From: Lepidodermella squamata
Taxonomy: Eukaryota; Animalia; Gastrotricha
Length of the DNA: 64,000 nucleotides
NCBI GenBank assembly: GCA_047495785.1
Contig: JBLDXI010000036.1
Coordinates: 930,001 to 994,000 of the forward strand
Direction of reading: 5' to 3'
Below are positions 49,624-60,879 of this stretch, in pieces. The notes beneath the pieces were generated by a model. That model had not been told where the DNA came from, ran no database searches, and was given only the letters and a program-made list of their open reading frames with translations. Every line of letters starts with the position of its first letter. Position 1 is the first letter of the stretch. A program made the translations under genes and the position numbers.

Positions 49624-51897
49624 ATGAAATCTTTATTAAGATTATTTTCCGGAGTAGTTTTTTTCCTGGTATACCCGGTACATGGGGAAAATACCAGGTT
49701 GGAGATGTTTTTCGGCACAAGCTCAATCCAGGTTGCCGATCCTGCTGGGGACATATGCCCACACGTTCAAACGCTGCTCATCGACATGGTCAACAAACGA
49801 AACGATATCTTGCCCGGCTACGATTTGGTCGCCTGTAACCAGGACGAAGGGCCAGGGAGTGTTCTGCTAACCCAGCGAGTGATAGAATTCTTCAGGAAAC
49901 CGCCGGCGAATAATTCAGTAAAATCGCCTGTTATTTTCGCAGGGGCCTACACTGCTGGATGCAAATCCTTGGCGCAAATTCTTCACCACTCAAATTTGGT
50001 CGCTGTTTCGCCGGCTTGTTTATCGCCCTTTTTTACCGCCAATCGGGTAATGCTTCCGAATTTCTATCGCACCCACTTATCGGGAGAGGCTGTAGCCATG
50101 CCTAGGCTTCATTTCATCAAAACGGTCGGAGGGTGGCGAAAGATTGCGATACTTGCCAATGCCGCTTCTACGATTTTCAATTTTTACATTGCGTCATACT
50201 TCTACGATTTGGCTGTCACGAACGGCCTAGAAGTTGTGCATTACGATGCTGCTTTTGACCTGAGCGACGACCTGTTGCTAGGATTGAAGAAATCCGGTGC
50301 AAGAGTTATAGTCTATGAAATTTCTGATTTCACTAATTCTGTCCTGTTTCTATGCAAATGCTTGAGTTACGGCTTGACTGGACCTCGGTACGTTTTCATT
50401 ATGGCTGGGCTCACCTTTGGGGATCTGAGTACAAGACCCGATGTTATCGCTCCGGGGTGTACCAAGGCTACTGTCCTACAACAGTATGAATCGACTGTTT
50501 TTATCGGATCAATATGGACAAGCTTTGGGGTCGAAAATACGGGCAAAACCAGTCTAGGCTACGACACCAAGCAGTTTGACGAAATGCTTGACAGGGCGTT
50601 TCCCGATGCGAGAAAACTTTCCGGCTACGGAAGGCGTTACATCTGCCACGATCAGTTTCTCCAGGCCATTCTAACGCTGGACGGGGCTGAGAAGATTCTT
50701 AAAATGAAAAATCTATCACTCAAAGATTACGAGAAAAATCCAAAGGTCGTCATGGACGCTGCGAATGAAAGTGCAGCCTCCATCAGGTTCGTTGGCTTCA
50801 GGCAGGGTGTTATCGAGTATTCGAGTAGGCTTGAACAGGACTCGGAGCCTCAGTACATTTTCCAGTTGATACCAGAGGAAAATAGAGCTCGGATTAGCTA
50901 CGAAATCACTCTACCGCCAAACAGAACAAACGTGAGTGATGCGTCAAATTATGTTGTTCGCCGTTTTGAACCTTTCGTGTGGTACCCGGAGACTAAGCAG
51001 CCCCCGGCTGATTGGCCAGGCGAGGAAGTTGACCTAATCCACGTCCCTGAGGCTTATCTCATATTTGCTTGTGTTACGAGCGGAATAGCGACCCTCGCCC
51101 AACTGCTGGCTCTAATTTCGAAGTTGGAAATTCATAGAATTATTTTCACCCTAGCTTGCATCCTACTCAACGCAGCTTCAATTCTGTTCGCCCTGAATGT
51201 TCATACAGCAGTGGTTTGTAATATGAAATATATTTTCCTTGTAATTGGAGCAATCGTCGTCCATTTGGTTCTTTATCGCAAGCTGGCAGTTTACGTAACT
51301 GCGAAGTGCCACGCCACTATTTCCCCTCATAGCAAAATGAACACCGCAGTATATCCTCGGTTACCAGCTGAAACTGTGGTGACGAAGAGAGGTTCTTTTC
51401 GGCTGCAAATGCTTTTCGGAAATGTTGCACCCATCTTTCTCCTAATTATTTGCGTGTCTTTATTAGCTACTTGGCTCATCACCAACCCAATGGAATCACG
51501 TATTAGAATCGTCCGTATCGAGTTTGACGATGAACGTGACATTTTACGCCACGTCTACGTCGAAATATGCGAGGCTAGTGATGTTAAAGACCTGATATTC
51601 ATGATGACGTTAGCGGCGGTTGACCTAATTCCTGCAAGCGCTGCTGTTCTTTTATCCATATCCATTTCGAAAGTGAACGAGCCGGAAATCAAGCGTTATC
51701 GCATGGCCTCGCTTGTCAACTTGCCCTTAGTCATCGGAGCGATTTTCGTGATCATAGCGTCGACTAATTACGATATAACCCAGCAAATTGTAGCTTCAGC
51801 CGCATGTTTGAATATTTCGGGTCTGACCAGTATTTTCGTACTTTTTTCAGATAAATTTTTAGTGATTTTCCGTCGATTAATAACATTTATGAAGTGA
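49624..51897 (+). CDS. Intronless class C GPCR, GABA-B-receptor-like (Venus flytrap domain + 7TM)
   Basis: 757 aa. Signal peptide; VN...DILPGYDL, PNFYRT, GWRKIAIL, LKKSGARVI and GLTGPRYVFI motifs typical of the ANF-receptor domain; no Cys-rich linker; about 7 hydrophobic segments at the C-terminus. Confidence 0.85.
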   Translation: MKSLLRLFSGVVFFLVYPVHGENTRLEMFFGTSSIQVADPAGDICPHVQTLLIDMVNKRNDILPGYDLVACNQDEGPGSVLLTQRVIEFFRKPPANNSVKSPVIFAGAYTAGCKSLAQILHHSNLVAVSPACLSPFFTANRVMLPNFYRTHLSGEAVAMPRLHFIKTVGGWRKIAILANAASTIFNFYIASYFYDLAVTNGLEVVHYDAAFDLSDDLLLGLKKSGARVIVYEISDFTNSVLFLCKCLSYGLTGPRYVFIMAGLTFGDLSTRPDVIAPGCTKATVLQQYESTVFIGSIWTSFGVENTGKTSLGYDTKQFDEMLDRAFPDARKLSGYGRRYICHDQFLQAILTLDGAEKILKMKNLSLKDYEKNPKVVMDAANESAASIRFVGFRQGVIEYSSRLEQDSEPQYIFQLIPEENRARISYEITLPPNRTNVSDASNYVVRRFEPFVWYPETKQPPADWPGEEVDLIHVPEAYLIFACVTSGIATLAQLLALISKLEIHRIIFTLACILLNAASILFALNVHTAVVCNMKYIFLVIGAIVVHLVLYRKLAVYVTAKCHATISPHSKMNTAVYPRLPAETVVTKRGSFRLQMLFGNVAPIFLLIICVSLLATWLITNPMESRIRIVRIEFDDERDILRHVYVEICEASDVKDLIFMMTLAAVDLIPASAAVLLSISISKVNEPEIKRYRMASLVNLPLVIGAIFVIIASTNYDITQQIVASAACLNISGLTSIFVLFSDKFLVIFRRLITFMK

Positions 51898-52071
51898 CAT
51901 GTAAGTTGCACCTGTTATCAAAGTAAATCTGGAAATTTGTCTCATTTGTTTCTCGCAAATTTTACATAATTTCAAATGAGAAATCAAGGTTCCAAGCTAC
52001 ACTATATAAGAGAATATCATGATTGGACCAGGCACCGTGAAGTATCGTTTTATTCGCTATTAACTTAATAC

Positions 52072-53883
52072 TTAATATTCATCACATTTCGGAACAGAGC
52101 ACAATCCAATTAAATCATGATCAACATAACAGAACGGCGTAGTCTGAAGCCTAGGATTTAAATTTCGGCAAAAGTTCTCAGATGCGAAAATATCGCCCTG
52201 CGGGAACGCCAAGATGCTGTACATTGTTCGAAGGTTCGCCCAATACATGCAGTCCTTTCCATCAACTGTAACAGATTTCCGCCCTTCATAGTCAAATCCA
52301 GAATTAGTGATCCGGCAATCTTTTTTCGACTCAGCTGCCCTGGCCTTGCCACATGGGGAATGAACAGCTAGTTTGAAACCATCCCCAGGCTCAGAATTGA
52401 CATTGGATTTTAATTTTACCCAGATTTTCTCTGAATTCGAGGCGAAGATTCGGCCGCTGCTTACACCACATCGGCAATACTTAGGAGCTTGATTGATTGG
52501 CGAATCATTGATCTCGACGTAGTCACCACAGGTCGATGCTAAAAAATTATTAGAAAAACCGAAAAACAATTTATGGCTTACTGTCACCGCTGCAAGGAAG
52601 ATCTGGCTGATGTTCGAAGCCGAAAATTAGCCCGTTTGAACTTTGAAGCATCCAGGTACACTCCGATCCAGCTTCGTAGGGCTTTGGGTAGTTGGGCGAG
52701 GTCAAATAAATAGTTGAACAAGGTTCGATATCAATTATTCCGCCGCATGTTGGATCTTCAGTCAAGATTGGCGGCGGGAGAGAGTCGCATTTCGAACCAG
52801 TAGCGAATTCTGAGCAGAAACAGGTTTTACAGTCCGATTTCAAAAACCCCAAATTACAGTTATCGCTCGATTTGCAATCTGTGAATACAAGGCATTTTTT
52901 TGAATTTTATAGAATTTTTTAATAGAGCTTACTTGAACACTTGTATAAGGAGTGTATTTTCATTCGATCCATAAGAGAAACTTTCACCCTTTGACCGATT
53001 GTGAATAGGTAGCGTTTGTCTTTCGGGACAATCGTGCTGGCACTCAAACTGTGCCAAATTGAGTCTAGATGCATGATTGAGCCGAAATCATACGGCAGAT
53101 CGAGTGAGTAGTTGACAGGATGAGTTTCGAACGATTGCTCCTGGCCGCTAATACAGAACAAAAATTAATCATTGAAACAGCAGTAATTAAATTACCTAAT
53201 TATGCTGTTCTCGTTTATTGAGACATAGTCATCACGGTCTGGGCGCGTAATCTCGTCTCGCTGAAATCGAAACAAGTGAAAAAGAAGATGGATATAAGCG
53301 GTAAATTAACCAGTCCCAAAACATGACCAATCTCATGAGCGAGTTTGCCAGGCTGTAAAATTTAAAGTTAAAAATGAGCTCGATTTCGGTGGGTTGAACT
53401 TACCGTTAAGCAATCCTGTCCTATCCCAACAAACTGAGTAGTAATTCCAGTCATCCCAAGGTCTGCTAAACAGCTAGAAATTTTTTGGAATTTTCCCAAT
53501 GCTGATTTTGAATATTTCTTACTGATCACCCTTTTGAAATGTTACGCTATTGGTTTCGTGAATCTCTGCAGAATTTTCAAATTCTTCGAACGAGATGCAC
53601 GAGTCTGCCCAAAGGCCTAACCCTGCTCTAACGATTTCCTTCCAAGCTTCAGCTAAAAAACCCAGGAAATTACGGAAAATTGTGTAAATCCTCAATAAAA
53701 TTTACGAAAGTCCTGCTCGAAGCTGTATTTGATAGGAAAACTCGACCATAACTTTGGCGACTCGCCTTCCTGAAAGCAGATTAATTCAGAGCGTTCAGTC
53801 GTAAAATTCCCAGTTCTCACCCCTCCGAAAGTGAATACAAAACTTAACGCTAATACAACCAGAAAATAAATCGTGAAATTCAT
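52072..53883 (-). CDS. Astacin-family (M12A) metalloprotease-like protein: signal-astacin-EGF-CUB-kringle, multi-exon
   Basis: Spliced model: MNFTIYFLVV... signal; LWSSFPIKYSF; HEIGHVLGL|RDEITRPDRDDYV; PYDFGSIMHL; IGQR; EGF CKSSDNCNLGFLKSDCKTCFCSEFATGSKC; CUB CGG..TSPNYP..CTW; kringle YEG..S.T..G..C..W...NFCRN...PFCY. Confidence 0.85.
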
Positions 53884-54005
53884 TGTAATAAAAGTCGAAA
53901 ATATAGTATTTTGAGCACTCGATATCAAACATTTTATTGATTTCTCCAGCAAAAAATACTCCATTCATACATTATCGTCGCAGTGAAAAAAAACAAGATC
54001 ATATT

Positions 54006-55094
54006 CTAGAATGAATCAGGATAGAACGGTGCGTTTCTGCTAATGTAATCGAGCCAGTCTTTACCCCACGATTGACTAGAATACTGAACAGTGAACGACT
54101 CTTTGCCAAACTTCGCTTTGCATAGCTCCTCGCTGAAATCAGGCGAACGGCCCTCGCAAACCCTGCCAATACTCTCAGACTTCTGCGCCCAAGAGTAGGG
54201 CTGAAGAACCTTCGATGGGAATACTTTCAGATCGTAAATATCATTTGAGACCTTTTTCGGCGAGGCATCGGTATCAACCCCTGTCATTTGTTTAGAAGTA
54301 GCCATATAGGTCTCAATTGCGTTGAAAAATCCTATAGGGCCAGTTACGAATTCGGGCTTTGTCCCGGGTAGCGGGAACTTTTTCCGCTGGTAAAGGAATT
54401 GAGATAAGGCGATCGAAAATAGAAGATGGCCAGGTTTTGCTAACATAATCGAAGCTGGTAGAAAGTGCTTGCTATGCACATCTTTGAACTCATCCATCAT
54501 ATAGCCCAATAGAACAGGCTTCTCGGCTTGATCGATCAAAGGATCTATAGGTTGAAGAGGTTCAGTATCGAGATCAGCGTACATCCCGCCGTATCGATGC
54601 ATGTAGAGAATCCGGCTGACGTCAGATCGCATGACGCCAACTTGAAGATTGTCGTAAAAGTCCAAATACCAAGGATAGCCGCGCTGGACCAGTTTCCTAT
54701 TCATTTCATCCGTCCATAGCACGTGCGTCCAATGCGGGTGCATTTTCATCCAATTCGATCGGTATTTCGTGTACTTTTCGGGCAATGTGTCGTTCGTTTT
54801 CCAGGTTTGATGTAGAATTTTCGGGATTTTCGATGAATTTTTCGCAGCTACTCGGATTAACAAAGCGTCTAATTCGTCGAATTCTTCATCACCTTGGCAA
54901 GAAATCGGCTGTTGCGCCTCGCTTTGGGCCTCAGTTGTAGGTCTGCTAATGTTGCCATTAGCCACATGGACCTCGATATGGCTTCCCCAACTTAATCGAT
55001 GACTTTGCTGGCCGAAAATGAAAGCAGAAATCAGGAAGCCAATAGAAAAACTAGCTAATACTGTGAGCAGTGAGACCAGTGGGGGCGCATTCAT
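54006..55094 (-). CDS. Intronless GT32-family (DXD, Gly_transf_sug) glycosyltransferase, type II membrane
   Basis: N-terminal TM; IPKILHQTW; RSDVSRILYMHRYGGMYADLD with the DxD motif. Confidence 0.85.
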   Translation of the reverse strand: MNAPPLVSLLTVLASFSIGFLISAFIFGQQSHRLSWGSHIEVHVANGNISRPTTEAQSEAQQPISCQGDEEFDELDALLIRVAAKNSSKIPKILHQTWKTNDTLPEKYTKYRSNWMKMHPHWTHVLWTDEMNRKLVQRGYPWYLDFYDNLQVGVMRSDVSRILYMHRYGGMYADLDTEPLQPIDPLIDQAEKPVLLGYMMDEFKDVHSKHFLPASIMLAKPGHLLFSIALSQFLYQRKKFPLPGTKPEFVTGPIGFFNAIETYMATSKQMTGVDTDASPKKVSNDIYDLKVFPSKVLQPYSWAQKSESIGRVCEGRSPDFSEELCKAKFGKESFTVQYSSQSWGKDWLDYISRNAPFYPDSF

Positions 55095-55829
55095 TTATTT
55101 ACGAGCATGAAAAGTTTTTCGCATGTAATGTTGCAAAGCTCGGTGCATTAAAGTCGCTTACTTACACACACATGTACAAACACACGTCTTAAGAATTTAA
55201 GCGGCTTTTGTTAAATATTTTATGCGCCGTGACACGTAGTAGTAAAGTAATGATACTAACGGCATAAATAATATAGCCTAGCGTTGATAAATATACAGGT
55301 TGATAAATACAGTGCTGAACAGCTATAATCGTGCGGTCATCTCGCAATTTTCGGCTCTACTGAGAAATGGGAAATACTTGCAAAGGACCAGGGAAAGGGT
55401 TAGTGTTGGGGTTTCCGTATTCTTTCGCCCAACCAAGTTTTGAATTTGTTTTCGACGCGGGGAAGTCGTGGGTAAACACATTTTCCGAATACGCAACTAG
55501 GCTTATGCATCCTTCTCTCGTTGTAGCCAGCCTTTAAGATGATTTCTTCAAGAATTTTCCGCTCCGGCATGGAATCATTGTTAGCAGGTTAGTTGAACGG
55601 CTATCATCAAATCCTCTTCGATAGGACATTAAAGGGCACTTGGGGTGAAATCTTGTGGAACTTATGGACAAGGTTTTCGAACTATTTTTACGAGTAATTG
55701 AACAAGTGTTGAATGATTTCTTTTTAAAATTGACGAAAACTGAAGATTTATTCATTTCAGGACAACATCTTGTTTACGAAAAAATTTGGAAAACAACATT
55801 CAAAAAATCAGATTTTGAGCATTGAGCAT

Positions 55830-57261
55830 TCATTTTACTAGCAGGTCGTCAACTCTTGGCCAAATGGGCGCTTCATAAGGAAGCTGACCAGGGTACTTGT
55901 AATCGACGGGTTTCATCCTCGCCCAATCAGGCTGATCAAAATCTTCAAGATAAAACAGCTTAGTTTGATTTTTCAGGCATTTCCTGTAATGCAATTGAGC
56001 TCTGAAACGAAACAGCATCCTAGCTATCCATTTGTGGCCGTGGATGATCGGACAACCGCCGTGGCTTGTCTTCTCGTGGAAGATTTCATCTCGCTTCATG
56101 TTGTACCAAAACAGACCGGCGCCTTTCTCAGCTTCGAAAACAATATTTAAAAGCTGGAAAAAGGTTTGCCCGCCTTGCTCGACGTCATTGAAGTAGATCA
56201 GCAGCGTAGCTAGTCGATCGCCATGTTCGGCGTCAATCTCTGGTTGGATTTTGTCGTAGTGGGGCAGAAAATGGCCCAGGGCTTCATAAGTATTAACCTT
56301 AAGGAAGAAATAATCCGAAAAAATCCAAAAATTATTCGAAGTGCTCAGATATCAAATTTTTACCTGGTATTTCTCTGTTCCTGTTAAGGCGTCCATGCCG
56401 AAAATTGCTCCTATCCTCCTCGTCACATTAAGCATTCGATCGGTCTCAAATTGAGCGTAGCGACTGAAGCGCACAGATGCATCCACAATGTACTGAACCT
56501 TGCCATCTTTCAGGGCGTTATATCCAACCGGTTTCAGGTTAGGCCTTGCGAGTTCCATGAACCCATCTATCGCTTTCTGTCTCAACAAATCGTGGATTAC
56601 AACAATAAGTGGGTCTAGACTGAGAACTTCCTCCCGAGCCGGTGAGTAGGTTAAAAGAGGGTGCCTGTTTCTATCCGCGAACCTGCAAAACAATTTCGGA
56701 TCTTCGTGAAGTTTCTTGAGCTTCGCCTCTTTTCGACAAATTTCGTAGTCAGGAATCTGCAGAACCTTTTCAGCTAACTTTGATTTCTCCTCATTTGTTA
56801 GTTCCTCCAGAGATTGAGCTGACGTCTGAGAATGGAAAATCAGACCTTCGAATGTTGAACCCAGACTGTCTTACCTGAAAAATTTGTGCTGCAAGTTGTT
56901 CGGCATTGTAGTCCCTCCGACTTAGTAAAGTATCTTTATCGTTTTCCGATAAGTTTCCCCCATCTTCGAGGATTTTATCAATGTACTGTATAGCCTCCTC
57001 GTGCAGTTCTAAGACACCCGCAAGCTGTGATAGTGTGTCAAGAAGTTCGATGTAGCTTATTTGAGATTTATGGCCATTCTTAATGGCTTCTTCATGAAGG
57101 CGCAAGGCTAGTTTCGCTGCTTCGTAGCTGTCATTGTACCGTTTTTCTCGAATCAATGATTGAGCGCGAGAGAGAAGTTGCTGCTCGTTCTCTTTTTCGA
57201 GTGATGCTGTTACAGCTAATAGATAATAAGCTAGGATGAAAAATGCAGGTAAACTTCTCAT
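55830..57261 (-). CDS. Prolyl 4-hydroxylase alpha subunit-like (3 exons)
   Basis: Signal peptide; TPR-like helical segment; P.REEVLSLDP.IVVIHD; Q|VNTYEALGHFLPHYD (HxD); DRLATLLIYFNDVEQGGQTFF; FWYN; HGGCPIIHGHKW (distal His and 2OG-binding Lys). Confidence 0.9.
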
Positions 57262-57732
57262 ATTACACATTAAATGCGCTATGAATGATAGCTTATGCCT
57301 TAATATGTGAGGGGTGTTGTCATTACGGCGAGAAAATTACATGCACCTAACACCCTTATTGAGTCATGACAACAAGTATCAATATAATGCTTCAAAAGAA
57401 TGGAAGGGATAACATATGCCTTGTTCTTAACCGAATCCCTATCACCGGAAAGGTTATTTAGGATGTGTCTAATTTACAGACATATAACGTGGAGTTTTCA
57501 ATCAGGTGGAAATTTGAAAATCGGTGACTATTGCGGAGCTCCAAGGCAGGGGCGTAGCCAGGTTTTTTTCGGTCACCATATGACCTAGATAGCAGATAAC
57601 CAAAAGCGGTAACCAGTTACAAATTGTCCACAAATCGTCCAACTTTTAACGCATTATTAGCCCATTTTCAGCTTTTCAGTTTCTCGTAAAAGTCAACGCC
57701 ACTAATTCAAATATGAATTTTGAATTTTGAGG

Positions 57733-57923
57733 TACCGTATTTCATCCTACCTCAAATAATTAACCCCCTCAAATTACAGCTCCAGAAATGTGTTCCAGTA
57801 GCCCGCTAACTATAATCGCCCATCCCAACTCCATGGATAAAAGCCCCCTCGAATAATTTCCCGATTTTTTTTCCATTTTTTTCGAGTTTGGAAAAAAATC
57901 GCTATTATTCGATAAAATACAGT
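57733..57923. mobile_element. Possible Tc2/pogo-like MITE
   Basis: taccgtatttcatc ... gataaaatacagta inverted ends with TA flanks. Confidence 0.4.
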
Positions 57924-58231
57924 AGGTACTTCGAGGCGAGCTCATTTTGTCTTAAACCCCAAAACTAATTAGTTCATGGCCAACATTTATATAGAACGCG
58001 CGACAATTTTCACTGTCTGAAAATAGGCCACTACGCGATTACACTTCGTGCGTGAAACATAACGATATAGAGTAAAGCTAAGAGACATAACGCGCGCATG
58101 CCAATCCTCTTGGCAATCTCAGATGAGAAAGCCTTAGGCGATTAGAGGGGCTTATGTACACATGTGCTAAAACAAGTGTGCCCTCGCTCTAGCAGGACGA
58201 TTCCTGATTTCTGCTTCCATACTTAACTTAG

Positions 58232-59224
58232 ATGAAGCCTTCGCTTCCAAAAATAGTTGTGACTGTCATTTCCGTAATATTAATAGCATTTTTCATGTTG
58301 AAGCAGCAAACAGGCTCAGACAAAACTTGTCAAAGCAAATCTGATATTCTATTCGATGAATTGGACGCAATGCTACTCCGAGCAGCCACGGCAAATTCTT
58401 CGAAAATACCTAAAATCCTGCATCAAACCTGGAAATCGAAGAAATTGCCGCCAAAGTACGATAAATACCGGTCGAATTGGATGAAAATGCACCCGCATTG
58501 GACGCATGTCCTCTGGACGGATGAAATGAATAGGAAATTGGTCCAGCGCGGCTATCCTTGGTATTTGGACTTTTACGACAATCTCCAAGTTGGCGTAATG
58601 CGATCTGACGTAAGCCGGATTCTCTACATGCATAGATACGGCGGGATGTACGCTGATCTCGACACTGAACCTCTCCAACCTATTGATCCTCTGATCGAAC
58701 AAGCCGAGAAGCCTGTTCTCTTGGGTTACATGATGGATGAGTACAAAGGCATGGAGAGTAAACACTTCCTACCACCTTCAATCATGCTAGCTAAACCTGG
58801 CCATTTGCTGTTCTCAACTGCTTTGAGCCAAATTCTTTACCAAAGGAAAAAGCATCCACAAACTGGAACAAGACCTGAATTCATAACTGGCCCTATCGCG
58901 TTTTTCAATGCAATCGAGACTTACATGGCCACATATCAGCAAATAACGGGAGAGAAAACGGACGCTTCGCCGAAAAAGTTATCCAATGATATTTACGATC
59001 TCAAGATTTTTCCATCAAAAGTTCTACAGCCGTACTCATGGAAGCAAAAATCTGAGGAGATTGGTAGAGTTTGCGAGGGAAGTTCGCCTCAGTTCAATTC
59101 AGACCTGTGCAAGTCGAAATTCGGAGCGGAATCGTTTACTGTTCAGTATTCAAGCCAATCTTGGGGCTCGGACTGGTTGAAATTTTCGAAAAACCATGAA
59201 ACTCACAATCCTGAATCGTATTAA
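58232..59224 (+). CDS. Intronless GT32-family glycosyltransferase, paralog of 54006-55094
   Basis: Same motifs; a ~78 aa core is identical in protein to the paralog. Confidence 0.85.
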   Translation: MKPSLPKIVVTVISVILIAFFMLKQQTGSDKTCQSKSDILFDELDAMLLRAATANSSKIPKILHQTWKSKKLPPKYDKYRSNWMKMHPHWTHVLWTDEMNRKLVQRGYPWYLDFYDNLQVGVMRSDVSRILYMHRYGGMYADLDTEPLQPIDPLIEQAEKPVLLGYMMDEYKGMESKHFLPPSIMLAKPGHLLFSTALSQILYQRKKHPQTGTRPEFITGPIAFFNAIETYMATYQQITGEKTDASPKKLSNDIYDLKIFPSKVLQPYSWKQKSEEIGRVCEGSSPQFNSDLCKSKFGAESFTVQYSSQSWGSDWLKFSKNHETHNPESY

Positions 59225-59312
59225 GTTTCGAATTTTTCAAATATCGAGAAAATTTGCGATTCTCCACTCAAAATGGGTTTTAATATTTATTTATTTCTGT
59301 GTTTTTGTGCGA

Positions 59313-59850
59313 TTAAATCGAGCAAGCTTTCGAAAGGACTTCCTCTAGCTTTTTATCACCATGCTTCTTCATCCATTCACAGCTCGAATATTTCTCGCTG
59401 TCCGTACTCGAGAAAGCGCATTTCGCCCCAACATCAGCATTATGCTTCAACAATCCTGTCACCATTGAATATCGCTTGAGAAAAACTGCCCGGCAAAGTG
59501 CGGTTTTCGTGCCGTCTAAAATGAAACCCCGAACATCAGCCCCGTCTTTGATTGCTTGTTTTGCCTGCTCCACGTTTTCAGCATCTATCGCTGCGATGAG
59601 GGCTTTGTTAGCATTGATCTGGGCTTGGGAAACTGTTGTTGTAGTAGCGGCGTGCGTTGTTGTGACGTTCGCCTCATGCATTGCTTTATTCAATAACCGC
59701 TTCATTCCGCCTTCTTTCATCAACGCAAAGCCAGTAGAATCTAAAACCAAGTATTTTGGGCGCTGGGTAAGATTTTGAACATTGGACTATACCTGAAACG
59801 AAAAGAACAAGAACAGCGAATCCAGAAAAGAGAACCAGTTTGTTAGACAT
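59313..59850 (-). CDS. Small signal-peptide protein with ankyrin-like repeats (2 exons)
   Basis: Exon 1 MSNKLVLFSGFAVLVLFVS (59850-59793); 52 bp GT-AG intron; Thr-rich linker; ALIAAI....VEQAKQAIKDGADV and TALCRAV......V..LLKHNADV ankyrin consensus. Confidence 0.7.
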
Positions 59851-60231
59851 GTTTTCCTATACTACGGAAGCTATGGTGCAAGTGATGCGAAATCAGGCAG
59901 ATGGGTTGTGAGCTGAACTAGAACAACAGCTGCTTGAAGGATTCGTGACTTGCATCCTGGAATTAAAAGCAACATCAGCTTAATTCACTGCGGTAACTCG
60001 TTACGGTTCGAGGGCGAGCGGGAATTTTGTTGCGAAACTCGCTTTAGATTCATTTTGAGTTTAACATGTTCTTACGCTGGCGATATCATCACTAAAGCGT
60101 CATTACCAAATTACGCCTCCTCCTCCTCATATTTGATCAGCTGCGCGAAAATCTTTAGAGTTAATGGTTGCCATCATAGAAAAAATTCACACGCTACAAC
60201 TCTCAGCTAAAATATTCAACTTTTTTACAAA

Positions 60232-60684
60232 ATGATTTATCAAATAGCAAGCTTTCTCACTATCTCGGCTATCTCGGCCTATTGCGAGGTTGTTCCAGGA
60301 ATTTCTTCTGATACATCGTTCGATCCTTGGTCATTAGAATTTTTCAACTACACCGAAAGATTCGGCTCAGATGTCCTAGCTCCATACGCTAAGCATGACG
60401 TAACATCGGCCCTAGCCTGCGAGGCTGTGTGCCAGGCGAAAAATTGGCAATTTTCACGTTACTTCGAGCCCCTCCAGTTATGCGCCTGTCTCCACTACAA
60501 CCCGTTGAAATACCGTAGATTCTACACCCGTGAGGAGCTTGAATGCAAACGGCATTGCGACACTATTGAACTGCCTTACCACGTGGAACAAATCGAGGGA
60601 GACGAGGATGTGAAAAAGCTGTACGAAGGCTACAGCCGATGCGAGTGTTACTTCAACGAACAAGACAAACCCCGAGGTTTATAA
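60232..60684 (+). CDS. Small secreted Cys-rich protein (possibly PAN/apple-like)
   Basis: 150 aa ORF with a signal peptide, S...CEAVC ... CACL pattern, and AATAAA shortly after the stop. Confidence 0.65.
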   Translation: MIYQIASFLTISAISAYCEVVPGISSDTSFDPWSLEFFNYTERFGSDVLAPYAKHDVTSALACEAVCQAKNWQFSRYFEPLQLCACLHYNPLKYRRFYTREELECKRHCDTIELPYHVEQIEGDEDVKKLYEGYSRCECYFNEQDKPRGL

Positions 60685-60879
60685 TGTATTTCAATAATAA
60701 ATCATGATTTTTGTGGTTTTTGGTTTTCTCAATTTTTTATCTTGCTTCGAAAGAAGGGGTGTGACTATCAAAAATCCTGATAACATATTTTCCCTATGAA
60801 TCCTTATCAGTTTTTGATAAGGAAGGATGATGCCTAAAAAAAGAGGTTATCTTCCTCGTTTCGGTCTTTTAGGCTAAAA

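Noticed and set aside
49624-51897. GPCR nested inside an intron of the astacin gene
   Set aside because: The astacin gene ends at a stop at 52072, and the CUB sequence at ~49.1 kb is a frameshifted duplicate rather than a downstream exon.
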